This document shows positions 14,291 through 24,476 of a DNA stretch of 64,000 bases, piece after piece (positions within the stretch are counted from its first letter, which is position 1; every line of letters begins with the position of its first letter). The notes below the pieces were generated by a model. It saw only the letters and a program-made list of their open reading frames with translations, was not told the origin of the DNA and made no database searches. Source of the DNA: Paraspadella gotoi (Eukaryota; Animalia; Chaetognatha); assembly GCA_051294375.1 (NCBI GenBank), contig JBJCIZ010000016.1:31726-95725 (forward strand). Reading direction: 5' to 3'. The position numbers and the translations under genes are program-made.

Positions 14291-15325
14291 AATTAAATTT
14301 GAGGAGGTTTTTGTGCATAAAGAAAGAGAGAGACAGAGCAAAGTTTCCAACACAGAGTGAGAGAAAGGATAGTGATCAATTTTTTTTATTAAGGACAGGT
14401 GGAGGTGAGGACAAAGATAGTTTGTAAAAAGATATTGAAATGGAGAGAGAGAGATATTTTTTAATAAGAGAACAATATTAAATAGGTTTTAAAATCATAA
14501 AATTATATTAAAATCATATTTTTAAAATCATAAAATCATATTTTTAAAATCATAAAATCATATTTTTAAAATCATAAAATCATATTTTTAAAATCATAAA
14601 ATCATATTTTTAAAATCATAAATAGCACTATTTAATAATAAAAATATATGAATATGTAATATCATTTTAGCTTNNNNNNNNNNAATATCTTACAAAAAAC
14701 TTTTCATGATAACATAAATACAATTCTATATTAATAATTATGTTTTTGAAAAATATGATTTTATGATTTTAAAAATATGATTTTAAAAATATGATTTTAT
14801 GATTTTAAAAATATGATTTTATTACTTTAAAAATATTTTATTATTTTCAAAAAATGATTTTATTATTTTCAAAAAATGATTTTATTATTTTCAAAAAATG
14901 ATTTTATTATTTTAAAAATATTTGATTATTTTAAAAATATTTTATTATTTTAAAACCTATTAAATATTATTCTTTTATTAAAAAAATATGATTATGATTT
15001 TAAAAATATAATTCTAACCTTCAAAAAACCGTTTTGATTCCTTGAAACCAACATTAAATAGCACTATTTAACAATAAAAATATATGACTATGTAATATCA
15101 TTTTAGCTTTTAAAAAATATAATATTATACAAAAAACTTTTCATGATAACATGAATACAATTTTATGTTAATAATTATAATGTTATAATTTTACTACTTT
15201 AAAATCCTAAAATAAAAAATATATATGCAGATTTTATAAAATTTAAAAATTCAGACTACATCTTTGAAAACTGTTTCTAAAACCTACTGAAGCGACTTAA
15301 AAATAATTTATTGAATGAAACATAC

Positions 15326-15508
15326 CCGATTTCTTCATTGACATGATCATAAAACATCTGTTCAGATATTGTATTGATGAGAGGGATAATCGCATTGATC
15401 TGTTGAGGTGTCAATTTATGGGCTTTCTTCAGATGAAATTTAATTTTGTCAAAACCACCTAATCCATTAAGCAGTGCCATTTCAGGTGGATGCATCCACT
15501 TCTCAGAG
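15326..15508 (-). CDS. Exon 5 of the recombinase gene (second half of the C2H2-like finger, ...KFHLKKAHKL...)
   Basis: Acceptor ttttttatAG and donor GTATGT. It ends in phase 2 (ATC GG|), matching the phase-2 acceptor at 5168. Frame is open. Confidence 0.75.
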
Positions 15509-15600
15509 CTATAAAAAAGTTTTAAACAATTTAAGAATTAAAAATTCATAATTTTATAAATTTGAAAAAAATATTATTTTATCAACAGAGTAAAACTTAC

Positions 15601-15780
15601 TAACTGCATGGGCCATTTTTACATCCAAAGGGACAAAACATCAATCTAGATCGGTTGCGTGCAATGATGCGATCTTGGAGGGGACCATGGATAACTCGGT
15701 AAAGAACAGATGCAGGAGTAGAAGAGCTGCTTGCACCGGTTTGATTTAAATTTGCTTTCCCACGCCCTGACGATTCTTCC
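15601..15780 (-). CDS. Exon 4 of the recombinase gene (EESSGRG...LMFCPFGCKNGPCS)
   Basis: Acceptor ttttatAG, donor GTAAGT, 180 nt, phase 2-2, open frame. It supplies the CPFGC half of the zinc finger. Confidence 0.75.
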
Positions 15781-15861
15781 CTATAAAAATATAGTTATAT
15801 ACTCTAAAACTTAAAGTATTATTAACTTGATAATTATTTCATTTAAAAATGAAGCTTTTAC

Positions 15862-15967
15862 CTTTTCCAACCATATTGTAGACATTTGAGAACAACATCT
15901 TCAGTTCTTTTAGATTCAAGGTTGAAAAAAAATAACTTTGTCTTTTGTAAGATCTCAAACGATTGTC
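15862..15967 (-). CDS. Exon 3 of the recombinase gene (QSFEILQKTKLFFFNLESK...CLQYGWK)
   Basis: Acceptor attttacAG, donor GTAAAA, 106 nt, phase 1-2, open frame. Confidence 0.7.
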
Positions 15968-16030
15968 CTGTAAAATAAGAATAATATTAATCTTTAAAAT
16001 ACCTTAAAACAAATTCATATTACAACTAAC

Positions 16031-16180
16031 CTTGTTCATTCAAGCAATTTTTGATGCGGACACACTCGCCCGTAATCAAAGGAGGACCATTGTCCACATC
16101 AATTTGAAGGTGATGAGATATTTTGCCCTTTGTTCTGGAAGCTTGATCGCATAGTTCTTCTATGGCCGAGTAGTTAAGAC
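16031..16180 (-). CDS. Exon 2 of the recombinase gene (LNYSAIEELCDQ...ECVRIKNCLNEQ)
   Basis: Acceptor taatttttAG, donor GTTAGT, 150 nt, phase 1-1, open frame. Confidence 0.7.
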
Positions 16181-16252
16181 CTAAAAATTAAATAATCATT
16201 AAATATAATTTTATGGATCTATGTATATTAAGGCGTAACAAGGTAAAAACTA

Positions 16253-16784
16253 AGAGTTCTGTAATATAAATAACATTAGAGCATCCCTGTGGGATAACGA
16301 AATTTTTCCAAAAATTTAGATTTTATGTATAGTTAATAACATGGAAGCATTTAAAGTTTATCGTATTATTATAAATCATGAATAATTTTTTTTTCAAATT
16401 CGGAATTTATAAAAACGGATTCGGGTAGAGCTTGAAAAAATAAATAAAAAAATATTATTACAAGATTTCCAAATTTTTATGTTTTATTGGTTAAAATTAA
16501 CAAAAACTATAAAAGTTATGGAACAATTATGATGATGATTTTAAAGTTTTTCCCTTATTTGACGTACTTATCATCGAAATATTAAAAAACGCATTATACT
16601 TTATAAATTTTTGCTATCTGAATCCGTTCTTAAAAAATAAAATTTTTACAATTTTTTTTTATTGCTTATGCATTGATGAATATTTGAATGCTTCAATGTT
16701 ATACTGTTAAAACTAGTCAAAAAAGTGATAATAAATATTGATTAAGTATATGATGGACAAATGAATTTTATATTATAGAACTCC
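16253..16784. mobile_element. MITE in intron 1 with TIRs of about 18 bp and TA flanks
   Basis: TAagagttctgtaatataaa (16251-16270) is the near reverse complement of tttatattatagaactccTA (16767-16786). Confidence 0.55.
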
Positions 16785-16847
16785 TAATGATAAAAAGTGA
16801 TCAATTTTGGCCCGCCTTAATGTATATATATAAATGTAGAAACTTAC

Positions 16848-16986
16848 GAATTCGTTCTATGAATGGATTAGGTTTGCAGAATGAGTCCCGACATTTAGTT
16901 TGATTATCGCAAGATAACCTCACAACAGATTCCGGATCAGTCGATTTTTTCAGCAGAAAATGTTTGAAAGATGGTGGTAAAACCAT
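16848..16986 (-). CDS. Probable first coding exon of the recombinase gene (MVLPPSFKHFLLKK...NPFIERI)
   Basis: ATG at 16986 and donor GTAAGT in phase 1, compatible with exon 2. An in-frame TAA lies about 40 nt upstream. A further upstream exon spliced through a nearby CAG/TAG cannot be excluded. Confidence 0.6.
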
Positions 16987-17539
16987 ATTCACATGATTAT
17001 AGTCTACTGCGTTTGAAGAATTGAATTAACTGACAAAAAAAATCATGTAAATACATCAAATGATTCAATGACTGAAAAATAATATAACACAAATTTTTAG
17101 CAAGCTTTGAATCCTGATAGTTATTATTTAATTTAAATATTTTTGAATATTGAATTAGATTCAGTAATAATTGAACAAAATATGATAAAAAAGTTTGAAA
17201 TAAAACAATTTAATAAAATAAATAATTTAGCAATTTTCATAAAGAAATATTTTATTTTGAAGAAGTTTTCCAATAAAGGAATTTACACAATAACAATTTA
17301 TGAAAATATGATTATTATTATTATATATACATTAAACATTTTTACATGCTAGTAAAAAAAATACAAAATTAACTATATTAGTACTATCACTAAATAGCTC
17401 CCTTAAAAAATTTGATTAATTTCAATGACAAAGCTTTCCTTCATACACACGGCTTTAAATCCTTAACATGTGTCAGCGGAGACAAAAATAAGTTTACAAA
17501 ATTACTAAAGCAATTTTAACCATCTAGCGAGAACACAAA

Positions 17540-18020
17540 ATCCGTTATATCAAACTATAAACAGGGTCTTCGAGATATTTTTTTAAAAAATTTGGGCCTG
17601 TAATACTTGAGAATGGTTAAATGTAGATTAAAACCGAAAACATTTATAGAAACTTTATGATCTTAGTTTTCAATGGATGCCCAAAAAACTCAAAGGATAT
17701 TGCGAAGTTAAAGACTTTTGTTGTTAAGATATGTACCAACTAAATGTAGCCATTAATAATGGAATTCGTAAGATCTTTGGCTGACATAGATGGGAAAGCA
17801 TCACCTTATAGAATGTTTTGGTTACCCTGACATTTATCATACTTTTTAAAAAAGGTCATGAACGATTAACGAAAAATATTTTTTTTATTTCCTTGAAAAT
17901 ATAGAAATAATCTCGTAGATTAGTTTTCCTTCACGTTACCTTTTAATATAATATTATTTGTTTGGTTTATTATGTTGCTGATGTATGCATTGTATCATTC
18001 TGACAAGAAATAAAATTCTC
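17540..18020 (+). mobile_element. Degraded 3' end of a non-LTR retrotransposon (RTEX-like)
   Basis: 17731-17805 translates to MYQLNVAINNGIRKIFG*HRWESIT, resembling the post-RT C-terminal motif of RTEX-type LINEs. An aataaa lies near 18010. Confidence 0.5.
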
Positions 18021-18277
18021 ATTAATAGAATAATGGAAATATGGACTTTTATACGCGACACGTCAGTTTTTGTTACGCAAAAGTGGTTTATTTGCTCGAC
18101 CTAAGAAAGCTTTGATGCTTTACAGTTTGCTTAAAATTGATAAATAAAAATAAATACAGTTTGGAAATCTGCTTGGTCTTAACTTTCAATCGATACCAAA
18201 TGCTAAAAAATTGATAGGGGAAGGGGAAGCAATATAATTTTTATCCGGATGTATCATTTTTTTAAAGTATGAAACCA

Positions 18278-18470
18278 TAAGGCGTAACGCCAAAAGTTTA
18301 CTTTCGCCTATTGGGTTAGGGGGGTTTAGGGTTAAGAATGGGTTAGGGGGGTTTAGGGTTAAAAGAGTTCATGGTTAGGGTAATTAGGTAATAATTTTTT
18401 TAAAAATAATTATTTTTAGATTATTTTTCAAAAGACGCCAATCCCCGGAAAGCAAAGTTAAATTTTACCC
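18278..18470 (+). mobile_element. Short HINE-like element with a TTAGGG-like microsatellite
   Basis: 5' aaagtttactttcgcctat is complementary to the 3' gtaggcgaaagtaaaattt of the related copy at about 28920-29062. Internal ggttaggg repeats are present, and a degraded copy lies at about 27720-27800. Confidence 0.5.
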
Positions 18471-19082
18471 TAGTAAGTTACTTCGGAACTTACTTAATAT
18501 AATATAGTAAATCATAAAGCCCTCAAAAAATTGAATCTGCTCGATTTTACTTTTATAATCATACCAATTTTCAAAAGATTAGTTTATTTTTTACTGCTTC
18601 AAATGAATTTTTTAAAAATTCCTAAATAGCTAGAAGACCTGGTAAGTATGCTATTACTACCAAAAACTTCTTAAAAAACTGAAAGATCATAAAATGTTAA
18701 TGTCAGACAAGTAGTCAAGAAAAAATAAGTAAAATCTAACTGGTCAAACCTGAAATAATACCTATCACGCGGTCTCGTTAAAGAAAATATGAAATAAAAA
18801 AGGAAAAAAAATATTGTAGTTAATAAAAAATTTAAATATAATTAAAATTAGACTAAAACAAAATTAAAATTAATTGTTTTGAACGTATTATCATTGAGTT
18901 TTAACTCGGGCTAACTACGTAAAATAAGTCACTTGGAATTCGTAGTAAATGGCGCGTCGCCGGTCAAAGAGGCTCAGTAGTTGATGACAAAGTCTCGACA
19001 AATTCAGACGTCGATGAGAAGAGCCGGCCGACGGTCCTCCACTGTGAAGCCCAGCACTTGTGATGAGAATGAAATGCAAATT

Positions 19083-19720
19083 TGTCATTGAGGACGGATT
19101 CACGAGATATTGTGTTCCATTTCCCATTGCAGGGGCGGCATCGACCACAGTTGCTGGAATGTATGGGATCCAATAAAGGGCCTAAATTTAAGAATAAATT
19201 AGTAGGAGTGTTGCGGAAGATTTATGAGACCGAAAAAGAATTTTCCATAACTTACTACCCTCAAAAACAAGGTCAGGTAGAGAGAAAGAATAGAACAATT
19301 TTTAGTATGTTGGCTAAACATGAGAAGGCCAGGACAAAGGATAAGGGCAGCATGAGCAATTGAGCATTGATTGCGCTGGTATTAGGGGGTGCTCTTAAAC
19401 CGATGAGGTTATATGAGAAAGAAATGGAAAACAAGTTTGACAATATGAGGAGAATGAGAAATGAACAAATGAAAAAATATCAGGAGAAAATGGTTCGGCA
19501 GAGTGTTAAAGGTAAACGTGTTAAAATTTTTCAACAAGGGCAAAAAGACCTAAAATTATTGCCGCGAGAGAAAAGAGAAACTAATTATCCATTCTTATGG
19601 TGAAAAAGGAATTACGTCCTCACGGAGAAGGGAGAGGTAATGCATAGGTGATAGTAAATGATCGCGGGTTTGAAAAGATTCGCCCTGGATGTGATTTGAA
19701 AAAGTTCTTTGAACCTGAAT
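19083..19720 (+). pseudogene. Gypsy-type LTR retrotransposon integrase remnant
   Basis: VIEDGFTRYCVPFPI...YGI, NKGPKF and TYYPQKQGQVERKNRTIFSML match the rve DDE core. Frameshifts and deletions are present. Confidence 0.8.
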
Positions 19721-22179
19721 CATGTAACATGGCGGATGAGAAACAACATCAAATAGAAGCTCATAGTTCATTAGATATTTTGAAAGAGGTAATGATAGAG
19801 GGCTGTCTCTCTACTGGATTACAATTATGGTTACAGGAAGTCGAAGTGCGAGCGGAAAAGCCAAAACTTACCATGACGGAAGAGGTTTACGAATATTTTT
19901 CCAATTTTTCTCTCTTGGGAAGACGCTTGCGCTAATGCTGGAGACGATAGCAGCGGTTAGGCCGTCGACGAATAACCAAATTCTCTGTCTGAATCGATAA
20001 TTACGGATAATCAAAGCGATTGATCGGCTGGAACTCGATCTCCAGGAGGAGGTGAGTCGGAGAGCAGGTGACGGGCCCAGAATTATAAGCCGTCGTCATG
20101 ACTTTACACAAACAAGTAGCACTGTAGGAGCTGCTAACAGGAGCTTCAAACAGGAGTAAGAAGTCCTTGGCCAATAATAACAAAACATTAAATACACACC
20201 CAGCAACAAATATATATTACATTTGAAAGTTACTTTACTTACTTGTTTTTCTGAAGCCAAATATAAGAGTGCTTCTCTCACGTTAAAGTCCACCAATCCA
20301 GCGATTTACTAATGTTTGTTTTGAAACAAAAAGGTTTCCGAAGATCTATATTTATTTTAAATAGCATTTGAAAAAAATAATTGAAACGCATTAAATGACT
20401 AACGAGATTCACAGATTCCACGTTGACACACATGTTTGGGAACTGTACAGTCGGCGGAACCAATCAGCGATAGTCTAAATACCACGTTCAATACGTTACT
20501 TAAATATGTACTAAGATATCAAACAAGGTGTGCTAATAATCGCTCAAAATTGGCCTCTTGTGTCAGTAACAAAAGGAAACAAAAGACGTTGGCTGAAAGT
20601 TACGAGAATTGAAGTTGGTACGACGAAATATAAAGTTTGTAAGCAATGATATTAAAAAAAATTTTATATTTAGTTTTATTACACTAATTAGCGTTATTAT
20701 TTAATTATTTAAAAAAAAATAGTATTCTATTTATAACAACCGTGTATAATATTATAGTATTTTTATATATATGTTATATGTATATGTATATCATCGTATT
20801 ATTATCATTGCAGAGGAATCAAACTCAAGAATCGAAACCGGATCGGCAACTCGGGTAAAATCCGCTGAAACCAGAATGGAACTCTCCTATTGGTCAAGAG
20901 ACAAATGGCACCGGCCAATGAGCTGATGGGCTTCCTTCCGCCGTGATTTTTTACCCTTACCTCCAATCTGTTCACACTGGTATAAATATAATTCAAATTG
21001 TATTTATTCACTCTGCCTGGAAATGTAATACGTAATATTATATTTTTTATTATAGTTAATCATACTATCTCACATTGAATATCTTTATTTAATTACCCAA
21101 ATATTTTTATTATTTATTATTATTATTACTGCTACTTATATACATAAAATATAATAATTAAATTTTAATTATTATTATTATTTTTATTATTATTTTATAT
21201 GAAATTGGTACAACCAATATAAAATTTATCCATTTCATTTAATAAATAAAGCTATCTTGCCCCTTGACTTTGGGACAGGCTTTGAGTGGTTAAGGCCTCC
21301 ATCACTCTTAACAAGATAATGACATAGCAGGTCCCTGCAAGCTTTCAATCAAGACTCCTCTCACAGTCTCGTTTATTCTCCCAGAGTACCTGGCGTTCCC
21401 TATCAATGAAGTGGAAAATATTTTCAAAGATGTTTCAATTGTATGAAAGACCACTCCCTTAAGTATTAGATCGGGGAATACTTATTGTACTCCGCACTAG
21501 CATCAAAATACAAGGAGCTGAATTTTATGAAATTGTACACCATATAAAAATTATCCATATAGAGTAAATTCGGTTAAGTACAAGATATATAGTCTTAAAA
21601 ATTACAGATATTTTTACCAATATATTAGTATCATGAAGATATTCATATTTTATTTTGATAGCATATCGAGTCAGCTCCGTAAAAAATAGTATATGATGGT
21701 CATAAGTCATATCTTAATATATCAATATATAATTATCATTAAATTTTTTTCATGAAAATTTCATCTGATTAGGATTTCGATTCAACTACGTAATAATCAG
21801 GGATTCAAATCATAAAGGGATTCATGAAGACTGATTATTATTAATTAATTTTTGCAAATATAAAAAAAAAAAAATATAAAAAACTACCTCTCGACCCTAA
21901 ACGCTCAACCCTAGCCGAATCCCAGCATCATCATCATCATCATCATCATAAACGTCACTATCAGCACCCCGGTCAATTTTCAACCGTCATCTTCCCTAAC
22001 CCAGACGGATGAACCCAAAACGACGACGACGGCGACCACAAAAAAAAAAAAAAAAAGATCGCAACGGCGAACGAAAATCACAAAATCAGTTGTAATCATA
22101 TACAACCAGTCGAGCAAAACAAAAGCAGAAAAATCCAGCAAGCAAAAGCAACAACTTTTAAGCAAAATCTTTAAAAGCG

Positions 22180-24174
22180 GATCGCCCTCATAACCATTTT
22201 CACAATCGCGAATGCAAAACAAAATGACAACGTTTTTGACAGACAGATAACCGTTTACGATGTAACAAACCACGGACCACGCGCTACGCACTCGACGAGG
22301 AACGATGATGAAAAAAAGAAAAAACCATTAAAGAAGACTTCGTCGTCACAAACCTGATTTTCATGCCAGAGAAACACGAACACGATGCCACCGGATGCGA
22401 TCTCACAACAGCAGCGACCGACAAATCTGCGGCGTGGAACATTCGATACGATAACCTCGACGTCATCGATCATTTCTCGCTGCCACGAAGAAGTGTGTTT
22501 TTCGAATTACACACCGGACTCAGCGTTTCACTCCAGCACTACCCAATTCGGTCACAGACTCAACAGGCGTTCTTCAACCACTAACCGTGACAGCGAAATG
22601 GGAGTTAACATAATCACCCACCACATCGGCACCAACGACGCAGAAGGATATGCACAGGCAGAAAAATTTAAGTTTACGATCATGTGTATGAAAAGAGAAC
22701 GCAAAACTTGTGTCAAACCTAACCTTATATCGAAAACGGATCCGAGTAGGAGACGAGTGATCCTAAAACAGGAAAATGCAATCTTGCCTAAACAACAATG
22801 TACCTACCGGGCGGATTTTAACATGGAACGACCCAAGATGCCGAGCGGCGGCCGTCTATCGAGCGGAGGCCTACCAATCAGAAGATGCATCCTGCGCTCC
22901 ATACACATGAAAGATCGCGAAAATGCCTTAATCGGATGTCGCCTACGAAACAATATCCCCTGCTCCGAGGACCCACATTATGAAATGAGGCGCGAATGCG
23001 GACCAAGTGCATTGCACTATTCGAACGGAAGAGCACAGAGGACAGCTGGAAAAATGCACAATCATCTGCAACGATATAGCACCGCCCCATTCACCATCCC
23101 GACTAACAGGCGAAAGTCAATTCTCCGTGGATGCGGCTTTGTCGGCAAAATCAACGTCACCTCATTTTTCGCCTCCGGATACCATCATGGCAGGAATGAA
23201 ACATGACCCCGACGCCTTGCCGCGCTTCACGAAGAAGCATCAAAATTAGCTCAAAAAAACAGGACAAAATCGACACGCTCACCGACAGCATATGCCACGA
23301 ACTCTGCATCACAAGAGCAAAAGAGCGAGCAAGCTGCGCTTGCAGCCCACAAATCTCCAGCAGCCACGACTTTCAATCGATCGTGGAAAAGTCGCGGTCC
23401 TTCCGAGGCGAACTACTAATGACTGCAATATGTCGAGGAGACCTTAGCACTACGCCGCGAACGAAAGGAGTGCTATCAAGACTTAACCAATAAGCTAACG
23501 AGGACGCCCAGCCTACCGACACGCAATTTTCATCACGTCATCGACTCTTCACTAACGACGCCGTGCGGACCCACCACCAGTCTACGAAGTAAATGGAATC
23601 TTCGTCGACTCAAAAGGAAAACCATTCAATGACTACGAAACGCTGGACAACTACACTCCCGAACAAAGATCAACACGTATCAGACGAAATAAACATTTAC
23701 GAAGAAGTCGGAAGTTTATGGACATGCACTCAAAATATACGGGTACGCACAAGAATTCAACCAACGCGTCGAGGAACTAACAAATGAGCGCCCTCAACCT
23801 TTTTCAGAAATCTGTTCGGAAATGTACCTTACGTAAAAATGGTGGTCACGTTCATGAACGTTGCCCCTACGATCGCTATCATCGCCATCATAATCATCAG
23901 CGGCATCCTTTTCTGCTGCTGCTGCTGCAAAGTGCATGACGACGTACGTAGGAAAGAAGATGGCAGAAGCACCCACAGCAGCCGCGTCAGGCGCAGAGAG
24001 ACTCGACAACATCATCGCTGGGAAGCGAATCGCTCACTAGGCGGTCTAAAACCCGCACGCTCGCCGACTGGAGCGGGGGAGGCATCAACGATAGTAACAA
24101 TGCAGCAGGCGGCTGCATCCCCCTCTCACTCCTCCTTCCAGCGGACGCAGGAGCAGCGGGAAGCCGCAGAGTGA
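22180..24174 (+). pseudogene. Decayed envelope glycoprotein (env-like, chuvirus G-like)
   Basis: Read across frameshifts: signal-like IALITIFTIANA followed by ITVYD, a Cys-rich ectodomain, FRGELLMTAIC...RKECYQDL and YEVNGIF. It ends in a TM helix APTIAIIAIIIISGILF followed by CCCCC and a basic tail. Confidence 0.55.
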
Positions 24175-24476
24175 AACAAAGGACCTCACCATGAAAAGAA
24201 CCTACCCAAAGCTCAATGGCCTCACTAAAACTACAACCAATGAGAAACTTGTATATGGCCATGAGCTGAAGGAAGAACCAATAAACAATGAGTGAGGGTT
24301 CATAGTGAAGGGATAAAATGGAATACTAAAGGATGCAGAGGAGAAGTTTGGAGTGAAGATTCATTTCTCTCTCACGTCGATCTAAAGATCAGACATATTG
24401 TCTTAAACTGTCTTTTAGATACTCTGTTCTCTGCCTAATAAAAGGAAACATTATAATTACACCATTTCGTTTAACA
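24172..24476 (+). mobile_element. Candidate 3' LTR downstream of the env-like gene
   Basis: TGAAAC...GTTTAACA inverted ends and an AATAAA about 35 nt from the end. No second copy is in the window. Confidence 0.35.

Larger units (their letters stand above)
5480..15190. repeat. Intronic satellite: 22-bp unit (aaatcataaaatcatatttttc) interleaved with a core of about 250 bp as a higher-order repeat, with several orientation switches
   Basis: Direct reading. The core contains caaaaaaccgttttgattctttgagaccaacattaaatag. N-gaps at 6338-6362 and 14674-14683. Confidence 0.95.

Noticed and set aside
5480-15190. Regular repeats with longer intervening blocks as a CRISPR array
   Set aside because: The intervening blocks are themselves repeats, the context is a eukaryotic intron, and there are no cas genes.
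18311-18390. TTAGGG-like repeats as a telomere or interstitial telomeric array
   Set aside because: Short and irregular, and embedded in a dispersed HINE-like repeat also found near 28920 and 27720.
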